A DNA stretch of 64,000 nt. Origin: Minisyncoccota bacterium. GTDB taxonomy: Bacteria > Patescibacteriota > Minisyncoccia > Phycocordibacterales > UBA9973. The notes beneath the pieces are model-generated. The model saw only the letters and a program-made list of their open reading frames with translations. It had not been told where the DNA came from and searched no databases. The translations under genes and the position numbers were made by a program. This document shows positions 8,112 through 17,410 of this stretch, one piece after another. Every line of letters starts with the position of its first letter. The stretch's first letter is position 1. The DNA lies in the NCBI GenBank assembly GCA_035353995.1, contig DAOQAL010000001.1, forward strand, positions 145,464-209,463, given 5' to 3'.

Positions 8112-10673
8112 ATGGACACTTTAAATTTTTTAAAAATTAAGTGGCACAAGATTACTTCTATCGTTTTATTGATTCTGCTTTTTGGTGCTTATGTAAATAT
8201 TTTTGCGATAGATCAAACTTATGATCCTGGTGAAACATTGGATCCAGAATGTGTGCCTGGTGAAGTAAATTGCACAGTAGAAATTCCTGTTTCACAATGG
8301 ACGACAAATGGAAGCAATATTTATTACGACTTAGGTAATGTTGGAATTGGAACAACTTTACCAAATCAACAATTAGAAATTACTCAAAACTTTAGACTTC
8401 CTTCTACAACTTACAATAGTGGAAATCCTTATGGAATAATTTACAAAGGAACAAATCCATTCATCCATGATTTCAATTATGGAAACAACGGTACTGTAAC
8501 GACAAGAGGACGCAATTTATTTATTGGTGAGAGTGCTGGTAACTTTACAATGGGGTCAACGGCAAATTACAGTAATAATTCTTCCAATAATATTGGAATA
8601 GGATTTCGCTCTTTGTATTCTAATACCACAGGATCTGAGAACTCTGCAGTAGGAAATTCTGCTCTTTATTTAAATACCACAGGAAGCGGTAACTCTGCAG
8701 TAGGAAATTCTGCTCTTTATTTTAATACAACAGGATCCACTAATTCTGCAATAGGAGATTATACTCTTTATTTAAATACCACAGGAAGCGGTAACTCTGC
8801 ATTAGGATCTGCTGCTCTTTATAGTAATACTGAAGGAAATTTTAACTCTGCAGTAGGATCTTTTGCTCTCTCTCGTAATACTATAGGAATTTATAACTCT
8901 GCAATTGGAAATAGAGCTGGTAGTTCTGTTGGTAATGGAGATAATCCAGGTATTGCCAGTAGTTACGGTGTATACATCGGTGCGTATGCCAAAGCTTTTG
9001 CCGATGGTGGTCAAAATGAAATTGTAATTGGTTATGATGCTACAGGTAACGGAAGTAATACAGCAACAATTGGAAACAGTTCTATATTAAGAACATATTT
9101 AAGAGGAGTAAATTTAGCAGGAGGTACAGCAACAGCAGGAACTGCTCCACTTAAATTTGTATCAGGAACATTACTTACAACTCCCGAGGCAGGCGCGATG
9201 GAATTTAATGGAACTAATTTATTTTTTACTCCTTCTTCTTCAAGAAAAAAAATTTCTTTTATAGAAGATCTTCCAATTACAATAGTTAATTCTTCAAGTC
9301 TTTTTTCAACAGGATTGTCTGGAACTGGTAGTGGAACAACAGCAGGGTATTCTATTTTTTTGGGAGTTGACGCAGGAGGTAGTGCTACTGGTGCAACATA
9401 CTCTAATTTTCTAGGTAATGGTGCTGGACTTAATGCAACTTCAGCAACAGCTTCAAATTTTTTCGGTTATTATGCTGGAGAAACAGCCACAGCAGCTAAT
9501 CATTCTAATTTCTTTGGCACTGAAGCTGGATACAGAGCTACTGGTGCACATTACTCAAATTTCTTTGGTAGTTATGCTGGCGAGTTCGCAGTAAATGCTA
9601 TTGAATCAAATTTTTTCGGTACTTCTGCTGGAGATTCTGCAGAAAATGCATCTCATTCAAATTTTATAGGCGATAATGCTGGAAATTATGCTTTAAATTC
9701 ATCACATTCAAACTTTTTTGGTACAGCTGCTGGTTACGCTGCTGAGAATGCATCAAATTCAATTTTTATAGGGTATAAGGCTGGAGAAAATGATACTGTC
9801 AACAATACTACAAATGCTAGTTATTATTCTATTCTTATAGGTCCAAGTACTAGCACTGATGGAAATGAAAATAGTATTGCATTGGGTGGTAGCGCAAAAA
9901 ATACAGCATCAAATCAATTTGTTATTGGTTCTGCTACAAGTCCGATAGATACAACTGTTATATATGGATCTGGCGGTACAATATGTACTATTACAACTGG
10001 AACGGGAATTGGTTGTTCTTCAGATGAGAATTTAAAAACAAATATTGTTGATTTAGATACGAACACTTTGGAAAAATTAACACAAGTAAGAACTGTAACT
10101 TTTAATTGGAAAAATCGAAATACTACTTCAAATAATATTGGATTTATTGCACAAGATTTAGAAAAATATTTTCCAGAATTAGTAAATACAGATCCAACTG
10201 GTTATAAATCAGTTTATTATGCAAACATAACTCCTATTTTAACTGAAGCTATAAGAGAACTTGATTTAAAAGTAAAAGAATTTTCTTCTATTGATGTTTC
10301 TAATGAAAATTCTTTTGCATCTTTAATTAAAAAATATTTGGCTGATGTTGCAAATGGTATTGAAATAGTTTTCTTTGGAGAAGTTCATACAAAACAATTG
10401 TGTATTGATGATGTTTGTATAAATAAAGATCAACTACAACAATTATTAGATAGTTCTAATATTACTAATACAATTACAAGCACTGTTACAGATACAGATA
10501 CAACAGAAAATACAAATTTGGAAAATGCTGACGATGCGGATAGTGATGAACCTGTAATAGATTCAGATATAGATTCTGAAAATATAGAAGAACAAGTAGT
10601 AGAAGAACAACAAAATAATGTAATTGAAGATGTAAATCCAAGTTTAGGTGCTGAACCAGTAGTAGAAGAATAG
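8112..10673 (+). CDS. Membrane-anchored fibre/adhesin with beta-helical repeats and peptidase S74 (intramolecular chaperone) domain
   Basis: N-terminal hydrophobic segment; 17-aa repeats; SSDENLKTNI...FNWK...IGFIAQDLEKYFPELV chaperone motif; acidic tail. Confidence 0.8.
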   Translation: MDTLNFLKIKWHKITSIVLLILLFGAYVNIFAIDQTYDPGETLDPECVPGEVNCTVEIPVSQWTTNGSNIYYDLGNVGIGTTLPNQQLEITQNFRLPSTTYNSGNPYGIIYKGTNPFIHDFNYGNNGTVTTRGRNLFIGESAGNFTMGSTANYSNNSSNNIGIGFRSLYSNTTGSENSAVGNSALYLNTTGSGNSAVGNSALYFNTTGSTNSAIGDYTLYLNTTGSGNSALGSAALYSNTEGNFNSAVGSFALSRNTIGIYNSAIGNRAGSSVGNGDNPGIASSYGVYIGAYAKAFADGGQNEIVIGYDATGNGSNTATIGNSSILRTYLRGVNLAGGTATAGTAPLKFVSGTLLTTPEAGAMEFNGTNLFFTPSSSRKKISFIEDLPITIVNSSSLFSTGLSGTGSGTTAGYSIFLGVDAGGSATGATYSNFLGNGAGLNATSATASNFFGYYAGETATAANHSNFFGTEAGYRATGAHYSNFFGSYAGEFAVNAIESNFFGTSAGDSAENASHSNFIGDNAGNYALNSSHSNFFGTAAGYAAENASNSIFIGYKAGENDTVNNTTNASYYSILIGPSTSTDGNENSIALGGSAKNTASNQFVIGSATSPIDTTVIYGSGGTICTITTGTGIGCSSDENLKTNIVDLDTNTLEKLTQVRTVTFNWKNRNTTSNNIGFIAQDLEKYFPELVNTDPTGYKSVYYANITPILTEAIRELDLKVKEFSSIDVSNENSFASLIKKYLADVANGIEIVFFGEVHTKQLCIDDVCINKDQLQQLLDSSNITNTITSTVTDTDTTENTNLENADDADSDEPVIDSDIDSENIEEQVVEEQQNNVIEDVNPSLGAEPVVEE
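8609..8910 (+). repeat. 51-bp (17-aa) coding tandem repeat, ~6 copies
   Basis: AACTCTGCAGTAGGAAATTCTGCTCTTTAT recurs at 8640 and 8691; protein unit NSAVGNSALYLNTTGSG. Confidence 0.85.
9348..9790 (+). repeat. 17-aa SNFFGxxAG coding repeat, ~9 copies
   Basis: Periodic S(N/I)F(F/L/I)GxxAG in the translation. Confidence 0.8.
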
Positions 10674-10699
10674 TAAATTAATTTTTAGTATATATTGAA

Positions 10700-12451
10700 A
10701 TGACTAAAACTTTCAAAAAGTTTTTAAAATATATTTTTGTTTTTATATTTTTTAGTATTCCTTTTACATTTCTTTTTGCTTCCGAGACAGATGGGACAAT
10801 AAATTCTATAAACCATAGTGCACTTCTTTGTGAAAATTATACATGCACTACAACTACACAAATTAATTTTTTGACTAGTCGTGGTCAAGCAGTACAGGTA
10901 ACTGATACAAAACTAACTGGTCATATTTGGTCTGAAAAAACAGGATGGATTAATTTAAACTCATCTAATGGTGGAGTTACAAATACAGAAGATGGAACTC
11001 TTGGTGGTTATGCTTGGGGAGAAAATACGGGATGGATAAATTTTAATCCAACAAATGGTGGTGTAACTATAAATAATTCTGGCAAATTTGTTGGGTGGGC
11101 TTGGGCACAAAATTACGGGTGGATTAAGTTTAATTGTAGCGTTGCAAATGCTTGTGTAGAAACAGATTGGCGCCCCATTGGTGCTCGTGATGGTGGTAGT
11201 AGTGGTAGTACAGGAGGTGGCACAACTGGAGGAGAAGGAGAAACACCAACTCCAACACCAAATCCTACGCCAATACCAGAAGAACCAGTAGAAATACCAA
11301 TTAACCCTTTACCTGTAGAATTACCTGTAGAGCCAGAAAATGTTCCAATTCAAATAGATGAGGAGACTAATGATGTTGAAACTGAATCAAATAATACACA
11401 AATACAAAATATTTTAGATGAAGGTGCTAATTTTTTAGATGACATTTTTCTAATTTTACAAACAGCAATAAATACAATATTTAATATATTTAGTACACCA
11501 ATAGGAAGTATTGTTTCAAAAACACTAGCTACTATCGGTGTTGTAACTGGATTTTACTTTAGTCTTATATCAATGTTCACAAACCCACTTTCATTTTCTG
11601 AATTAATATTAATACCTATGCGATTGTGGAGTTTATTGTTGGTTGCTTTTGGTGTTAAGAAACGCAATCGTCCTTGGGGAACAGTCTACGATAGTGTTAC
11701 AAAACAACCCCTTGATCCTGCATATGTTGTTCTTCAAGATTTAAATGGAAATGAAATTGCTACATCCATTACAGACTTGGATGGTCGTTATGGTTTTCTT
11801 GTTCCTGCTGGCCAATATAGAATTGTTGCCAATAAAACAAATTATGAATTTCCTTCAAAAAAAATGGCTGGTAAATCAAGTGATGAATTATATCAAGAAT
11901 TATATTTCAATGAAGTTATAAATGTTAATGAAGATGGGGAAGTTATTTCAAAAAATATACCAATGGATCCGATTAAGTTTGATTGGAATGAATTTGCTAA
12001 AAGAGATCAAAATGTTATGAGATTTTTTTCAAAGCGAGAAATTTGGATTGCTCGTGCTTCAAATACTTTATTTATTTTAGGTTTTTTGTTTTCTATAATT
12101 GCTACGATAATTTCTCCTAATGTATACAACATAATAATTATTTGTACTTATGCATTGTTATTCATACTGAAGAAAACAATTTTGAAGCATAAAGTGCTTG
12201 GCTGGATAAGACAAAAGGAAACAAAAAATCCACTTTCGTTTGCAATAATGAGAGTATTTTTTGCTGATAGTGGAAATGAAGTTATACATAAAGTTACTGA
12301 TAAAACAGGAAAATATTACTGTCTAATACCAAATGGAAGGTATTACGCCAAGATAGAAAATAAAAATCTTGATGAAAGATATAGTCTTGTTTATACTTCA
12401 GAACCTATAGAGGTCAAAAAAGGTTATATAAATAAAAAATTTGAAGTTTAA
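10700..12451 (+). CDS. Membrane protein with GxAW-x4-GWIxF repeats, Pro-rich linker and carboxypeptidase-regulatory-like domain
   Basis: Signal peptide; GHIWSEKTGWINL, GYAWGENTGWINF, GWAWAQNYGWIKF; TPTPTP linker; WGTVYDSVTKQPLDPA...TDLDGRYGF. Confidence 0.7.
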   Translation: MTKTFKKFLKYIFVFIFFSIPFTFLFASETDGTINSINHSALLCENYTCTTTTQINFLTSRGQAVQVTDTKLTGHIWSEKTGWINLNSSNGGVTNTEDGTLGGYAWGENTGWINFNPTNGGVTINNSGKFVGWAWAQNYGWIKFNCSVANACVETDWRPIGARDGGSSGSTGGGTTGGEGETPTPTPNPTPIPEEPVEIPINPLPVELPVEPENVPIQIDEETNDVETESNNTQIQNILDEGANFLDDIFLILQTAINTIFNIFSTPIGSIVSKTLATIGVVTGFYFSLISMFTNPLSFSELILIPMRLWSLLLVAFGVKKRNRPWGTVYDSVTKQPLDPAYVVLQDLNGNEIATSITDLDGRYGFLVPAGQYRIVANKTNYEFPSKKMAGKSSDELYQELYFNEVINVNEDGEVISKNIPMDPIKFDWNEFAKRDQNVMRFFSKREIWIARASNTLFILGFLFSIIATIISPNVYNIIIICTYALLFILKKTILKHKVLGWIRQKETKNPLSFAIMRVFFADSGNEVIHKVTDKTGKYYCLIPNGRYYAKIENKNLDERYSLVYTSEPIEVKKGYINKKFEV

Positions 12452-12537
12452 GTTATATCCTCAAAATATTTGCTTTTTTGTTAAGGTTATAGTAAAGTAG
12501 TTTTTACTAGTCCTTGTGACTATTTTTGTTTTTAATT

Positions 12538-12960
12538 ATGCCTACAATAAATCAATTAGTAAAAAATAAAAGAAGAAAAGTTGTCCGAAAGTCAAAAACT
12601 GTCGCTTTAGCACGTGGTTTTAATGTGTTAAAGAATAGACCAGTGTATTATCCTGCTCCATTCAAGAGGGGAGTTTGTACAAAAGTAACTACAACTACAC
12701 CTAAGAAACCAAACTCAGCTCTACGAAAAATTGCAAGAGTAAGGTTAACAAATGGAATGGAAGTAACTGCTTATATACCAGGAGAAGGACATAATTTACA
12801 AGAACACTCAGTTGTAATGCTTCGTGGTGGACGTGTGAAAGACTTGATTGGAGTAAGATATCACATTGTTCGTGGTGTACTCGATACACAAGGGGTTGAA
12901 AAACGAAGACAAGGAAGATCATTGTATGGTAATAAACGACCAAAAGAAAGCAAAAAATAA
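12538..12960 (+). CDS. rpsL: 30S ribosomal protein uS12
   Basis: [25 protein letters not shown]. Confidence 0.98.
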   Translation: MPTINQLVKNKRRKVVRKSKTVALARGFNVLKNRPVYYPAPFKRGVCTKVTTTTPKKPNSALRKIARVRLTNGMEVTAYIPGEGHNLQEHSVVMLRGGRVKDLIGVRYHIVRGVLDTQGVEKRRQGRSLYGNKRPKESKK

Positions 12961-12971
12961 TTTAAAATAAT

Positions 12972-13442
12972 ATGAGACGAAAAGTAAAAAACAGAAATAT
13001 AGTAGAGCCAGACTTTTTATACAATTCCCAAAAATTGGAGAAGTTTATTAATTACATTATGTGGTCTGGGAAAAAAGAAACTGCACGAAAAGTAATGTAT
13101 GAAGCATTTGAACTTATAAAAGAAAAAACAGGAAATCCAAACCCTCTTGAGGTTTTTGACTTAGCATTAAAGAATGCAGGGCCATTAACTGAAGTTAGAT
13201 CAAAAAGAATTGGAGGTGCAAACTATCAGGTTCCTCGTGAGGTTCGTCCAGAAAGAAGACTTGCTCTTGCTATGAGATGGATAAGAGATGCAGCTCGCTC
13301 AAAAAAAGGACAGCCTATGCATATAAAACTTGCTGATGAACTTATCGCAGCTTCAAAAAACGAAGGTGCTGCTATTAAGAAAAAAGAAGATACACACAAA
13401 ATGGCAGAAGCCAACAAAGCCTTTGCTCACTTTGCTTGGTAA
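12972..13442 (+). CDS. rpsG: 30S ribosomal protein uS7
   Basis: GGANYQVP, HKMAEANKAFAHF. Confidence 0.98.
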   Translation: MRRKVKNRNIVEPDFLYNSQKLEKFINYIMWSGKKETARKVMYEAFELIKEKTGNPNPLEVFDLALKNAGPLTEVRSKRIGGANYQVPREVRPERRLALAMRWIRDAARSKKGQPMHIKLADELIAASKNEGAAIKKKEDTHKMAEANKAFAHFAW

Positions 13443-13502
13443 TTTTTTACTTTGTAAAAAATTATTCTGAGCGTAGTTGAAGGATATATTAAAATATTTA
13501 AA

Positions 13503-13531
13503 ACAAAAACTCCCCATTGGGGAGTTTTTGT
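13503..13531. terminator. Bidirectional terminator between rpsG and a convergent ORF
   Basis: CAAAAACTCCCC-ATT-GGGGAGTTTTTG. Confidence 0.85.
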
Positions 13532-13536
13532 CATTT

Positions 13537-13806
13537 TTAGTTCATATTAGAGAATTGTTTGCCTTCTTTTATTTTTGTTGGATATCCTATTGTTTTTCCA
13601 TTGTTAATAAAATCTTTTCGTACTGTAATCTCTTTTCTCGCTAATAACTCTCCTTCAACTCGAGTATGTAATTCTGGATTTTTATCTGTGCTAAAACTTT
13701 TTAAAGCAGACTTTAATTCTTCTGTGCTTATTTTAGATAAATCACCATAAAGGTATTTATCTTTTTTATTTTCATTCAAATCTTGTTGTCTTTCAAATTT
13801 TTCCAT
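13537..13806 (-). CDS. Small hypothetical protein (MEKFERQQ...)
   Basis: ORF ends at the bidirectional terminator; ATG at 13806; no recognisable motif. Confidence 0.55.
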   Translation of the reverse strand: MEKFERQQDLNENKKDKYLYGDLSKISTEELKSALKSFSTDKNPELHTRVEGELLARKEITVRKDFINNGKTIGYPTKIKEGKQFSNMN

Positions 13807-13874
13807 ATATTTTATAGTGTTACTACTAATAGCGAGATTATAGTCTTGTGTTAACAAAAAAGCAAAAATATTTG

Positions 13875-13907
13875 TACACATATCAGCTATCGCGTATATA
13901 TGTAAAT
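13875..13907. repeat. Imperfect copy of the 30-bp palindrome, upstream of the Cas2-like gene
   Basis: TACACATATCAGCTATCGCGTATATATGTAAAT; 29/33 identical to 14309-14341. Confidence 0.85.
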
Positions 13908-13923
13908 ATATTATAATTTAAAT

Positions 13924-14292
13924 ATGTCTCCTTATTATAAGGGAATGAAAGTAAATTTACTTGGTTTTCCGGTTAGCAATTCTAATAAAAGCGACCGTGT
14001 AAAAAAGAATGGAAGAAAGAGAAAATTTTATCATCTTTCTTTTTCGTCTCCTTTTCCAGAAAATGCACCGAAGAATTTGCTTTTAGTCTATGATATTCCA
14101 GAACTAATGAAAAAAGAGCGAGATTGGTTTCGCCGACAACTTATTAGTTTTGGTTTTGTGATGATTCAGAAAAGTGTCTGGGTAGGGCCATCACCTTTGC
14201 CGAAAGAATTTCTTAATTATTTGAAATTGATAAAAAAAGGGGACAACTTTAAGACTTTTAAATTAGCGAAAGGGTACGAAACTAAAAAATAA
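13924..14292 (+). CDS. Stand-alone Cas2/VapD-fold (PaaX C-terminal-like) protein
   Basis: LLLVYDIP...ERDWFRRQL..FGFVMIQKSVWVG matches the Cas2 YDI...Q.SV signature; TATAAT 6 nt before ATG. Confidence 0.8.
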   Translation: MSPYYKGMKVNLLGFPVSNSNKSDRVKKNGRKRKFYHLSFSSPFPENAPKNLLLVYDIPELMKKERDWFRRQLISFGFVMIQKSVWVGPSPLPKEFLNYLKLIKKGDNFKTFKLAKGYETKK

Positions 14293-14308
14293 AGCATAGG
14301 AACCCAAA

Positions 14309-14338
14309 TACATATATACGCTATAGCGTATATATGTA
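14309..14338. repeat. Perfect 30-bp palindrome downstream of the Cas2-like gene
   Basis: TACATATATACGCTA|TAGCGTATATATGTA is its own reverse complement. Confidence 0.95.
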
Positions 14339-14367
14339 AATTGGAGTATGCATAAACCATTTTTTAT

Positions 14368-14396
14368 TTGCAAAAAAGCTACATATGTTATATATT
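14368..14396 (+). promoter_or_regulatory. sigma70 promoter of fusA
   Basis: TTGCAA-17 nt-TATATT. Confidence 0.65.
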
Positions 14397-14445
14397 ACGG
14401 GAAGCGCAATCGCGCTTTTTAATATTAAATTATAAAAGATTATTT

Positions 14446-16599
14446 ATGGAAAGAGATTATCCACTAGAAAAAGTTAGAAATATTGGAATTATTGCGCACA
14501 TTGACGCTGGTAAAACTACTACCAGTGAACGTATTTTGTATTACACAGGAATGTCTCACAAAATTGGAGAAGTTCATGACGGGGAAGCTACAACTGACTG
14601 GATGGAACAAGAAAGAGAGCGTGGTATTACTATTACTTCAGCAGCTATAACTTGTTTCTGGACTCCAACATATACTCTTCCAACGGACAAAGCAAAGAAA
14701 CATCGTTTCAATATTATTGACACACCAGGGCACATTGATTTTACAGTGGAAGTAAAAAGATCTCTTCGCGTACTTGATGGTGCTGTTGTTGTTTTTGATG
14801 GAGTTGCAGGAGTAGAACCACAATCAGAAACAAACTGGAGATATGCTGACGAAGCTAAAGTTCCTCGTATTTGTTTTGTTAATAAATTGGATAGAACTGG
14901 AGCATCATTTGAACATTCATTTGCAACTATTCTTGATCGTCTTACAAAAAAGGCTGTTAGAATGCAAATTCCTATCGGTTTGGAAGACAAACACGAGGGA
15001 GTTGTTGATTTGTTAAAAATGAAAGCTTATTACTTTGAAGGAGAAATGGGTAATAAAGTAATAGAAAAAGAAATTCCAGAGGAATTAAAAGCTGATGCAG
15101 AAAAATACCATAACGAACTCATTGAAAAAATAGTTGAACAAGACGAAAAAGCAATGAGTGATTATTTTGAAGGAAAAATTCCAGATATTGATACTTTGAA
15201 AAAATTATTAAGAAAAGGAGTTATTGCTAATGAAGTTTTCCCAGTATTTACTGGTTCTGCTTTAAAAAATAAAGGAGTACAGCTTGTTTTGGATGGTGTA
15301 GTAGATTATTTGCCATCACCACTTGATATTCCTCCAGTAACAGGAACAGATCCAAATAACGATGATGAACCAATTATAAGAAAAGCCTCTGACGAAGAAC
15401 CATTTTCTGCTCTTGCATTTAAAGTTGCTACAGATCCATTTGTTGGTCAATTAATTTTCTTTAGAGTTTATTCTGGATCATTAAATTCTGGTTCTTATAT
15501 TTATAATCCTCGTACTCGAAATAAAGAAAGAATAGGAAGAATTTTACGAATGCATGCAAACGATAGAGAAGAAGTTAAAAAAGTTTTTGCTGGAGAAATT
15601 GCTGCAGCGGTTGGTTTGAAAGATACAATTACTTCAGATACTTTATGTGATGAAGAAAAACCAATTGAATTGGATAGAATTTCTTTCCCAGAGCCAGTTA
15701 TTCAATTACGTATTGAACCAAAGACAAAAGCTGATCAAGAAAAAATGGGTATGGCACTTAACCGTCTTGCACAAGAAGATCCAACATTTAAAGTTTCAAC
15801 AGATCAAGAAACAGGTGAGACAATTATAGCTGGAATGGGAGAATTGCATTTGGAAATTATTGTTGATCGTATGAAAAGAGAATTTACAGTTGAAGCAAAT
15901 GTTGGTAAACCACAGGTAGCTTATAGGGAAACAATTACAGGAGATTCTGAAGCAGAAGGAAAATATATTAAGCAATCAGGTGGACGTGGAAACTATGGAC
16001 ACGTAAAGATAAAGATAAAGCCAATGAAAATTCTTACTAAAGAAGAGATTGAAGATTTACCTAAAAATACAAAAAGATCTGAAGGCTTTGAATTCATTAA
16101 TACTATTAAAGGTGGAGTTATTCCTCAAGAATATATTGCTCCTTGTGAAAAAGGATTTAAAGAAGGTTTGGATAGAGGTGTACTTGCAGGATTTAAGATT
16201 GTAAATGTTTCAGTAGAATTATGGGATGGTTCTTATCACGAGGTTGACTCAAACGAAATGGCCTTTAAGATTGCAGCATCAATGGCAATACAAGATGCTT
16301 GTAAGAGAGCTAAACCTGTAATATTGGAACCTATGATGAAAGTTGAAGTTGTAACACCAGAAAAATTTATGGGAGATGTGACAGGAAATCTTTCTTCAAA
16401 GAGAGGAATCATTGAAGGAATGGAAGACAGAGGAATGAATAAAGTTCTTCGAGCAATTGTTCCATTGTCAGAAATGTTTGGATATATGACTGGTCTTCGT
16501 TCTATGACTGAAGGTAGAGCATCATTTACAATGGAATTCATACGTTACGATATTGTTCCACAAAATGTTGCTGATACAATCATCGCTTCAAGAAAATAA
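14446..16599 (+). CDS. fusA: Elongation factor G
   Basis: [33 protein letters not shown]; ATG 14446. Confidence 0.98.
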   Translation: MERDYPLEKVRNIGIIAHIDAGKTTTSERILYYTGMSHKIGEVHDGEATTDWMEQERERGITITSAAITCFWTPTYTLPTDKAKKHRFNIIDTPGHIDFTVEVKRSLRVLDGAVVVFDGVAGVEPQSETNWRYADEAKVPRICFVNKLDRTGASFEHSFATILDRLTKKAVRMQIPIGLEDKHEGVVDLLKMKAYYFEGEMGNKVIEKEIPEELKADAEKYHNELIEKIVEQDEKAMSDYFEGKIPDIDTLKKLLRKGVIANEVFPVFTGSALKNKGVQLVLDGVVDYLPSPLDIPPVTGTDPNNDDEPIIRKASDEEPFSALAFKVATDPFVGQLIFFRVYSGSLNSGSYIYNPRTRNKERIGRILRMHANDREEVKKVFAGEIAAAVGLKDTITSDTLCDEEKPIELDRISFPEPVIQLRIEPKTKADQEKMGMALNRLAQEDPTFKVSTDQETGETIIAGMGELHLEIIVDRMKREFTVEANVGKPQVAYRETITGDSEAEGKYIKQSGGRGNYGHVKIKIKPMKILTKEEIEDLPKNTKRSEGFEFINTIKGGVIPQEYIAPCEKGFKEGLDRGVLAGFKIVNVSVELWDGSYHEVDSNEMAFKIAASMAIQDACKRAKPVILEPMMKVEVVTPEKFMGDVTGNLSSKRGIIEGMEDRGMNKVLRAIVPLSEMFGYMTGLRSMTEGRASFTMEFIRYDIVPQNVADTIIASRK

Positions 16600-16608
16600 A
16601 AAAAACAC

Positions 16609-16639
16609 CAAAAACACCCCATAATTTGGGGTGTTTTTG
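16609..16639 (+). terminator. Terminator after fusA
   Basis: CAAAAACACCCCA-TAATT-TGGGGTGTTTTTG. Confidence 0.85.
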
Positions 16640-16660
16640 TTATATGTTATAATGAAATAT

Positions 16661-17275
16661 ATGTTTAGAGAACAACGAGAACCAATTTTAGAAAAAAAAG
16701 AAGTTATAGTCCCTCCCGAAAAACAAAAAATAATTAATGAGCTTGTTAATTTTGGTAAAAAAACTGGGAATGAACTGAAATTTTCAGACTATGGCAAGGA
16801 ATATGCGGACTCTCTTTTACTTAAAGAGGAAGCATTAACTGGTCTGGGTGAAAGGGAAGTAGAAGATTTGGGTATGTATCTTGGAATTCTAAAATCGTAT
16901 GTTTCCGGACCCATTTTTACTGATGGTTTTCACGGAGATCATAATTCACGAAGGGTTTGGGAAAACGAAAATATTCAAAAAGTTTCAACCCTTGAAACAG
17001 AAGCGAAAGATTATTATTTAACCAATAGGTTAAATCAAGGTAGTAGAATACACCCTGTCATGGGATTTTTATCTGAGATTACAGAGATAATAAAAAACCC
17101 AAATATAAAAGAAAAACTATTAAATTTGGAAAAGGAAATTCCAGAGGAATTTACAAGTAAGGAAGATTTGTATAGTACTTTGTCCGATGAGGAAAAAGTA
17201 AAAGTTGTTAATAAATTTTCTGAAGTTTTGAGAAATACTATTAATTTACTTGAAAACAAATTGTCTGAATCCTAA
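16661..17275 (+). CDS. Hypothetical protein
   Basis: ORF with TGnTATAAT 7 nt upstream of ATG 16661; no recognisable domain. Confidence 0.7.
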   Translation: MFREQREPILEKKEVIVPPEKQKIINELVNFGKKTGNELKFSDYGKEYADSLLLKEEALTGLGEREVEDLGMYLGILKSYVSGPIFTDGFHGDHNSRRVWENENIQKVSTLETEAKDYYLTNRLNQGSRIHPVMGFLSEITEIIKNPNIKEKLLNLEKEIPEEFTSKEDLYSTLSDEEKVKVVNKFSEVLRNTINLLENKLSES

Positions 17276-17277
17276 TA

Positions 17278-17305
17278 TTGATTTTACAAAAGATAATGTT
17301 ATAGT
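17278..17305 (+). promoter_or_regulatory. Promoter of the aspartokinase-like cassette
   Basis: TTGATT-16 nt-TATAGT with extended -10 TG. Confidence 0.6.
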
Positions 17306-17410
17306 AAAAACAGGCTGGTTTTTTGACAAAACTGGTTTAGTGGTTATCAAAGAGGATAGCCTTTTTGTTTGTCCGATTTGGTAATCACTAAACTAAAAAA
17401 TACTACAGAT

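Noticed and set aside
8609-8910. DGR template/variable repeat pair
   Set aside because: Repeats are tandem in-frame coding units, differences are not adenine-specific, and no reverse transcriptase is present
8112-10673. Prophage suggested by the tail-fibre chaperone domain
   Set aside because: No capsid, terminase, portal or integrase genes; the protein has a membrane anchor and core-gene neighbours
13875-14341. CRISPR array / CRISPR-Cas locus around the Cas2-like gene
   Set aside because: Only two repeats, separated by a whole gene rather than 30-40 nt spacers; no cas1 or effector in the window
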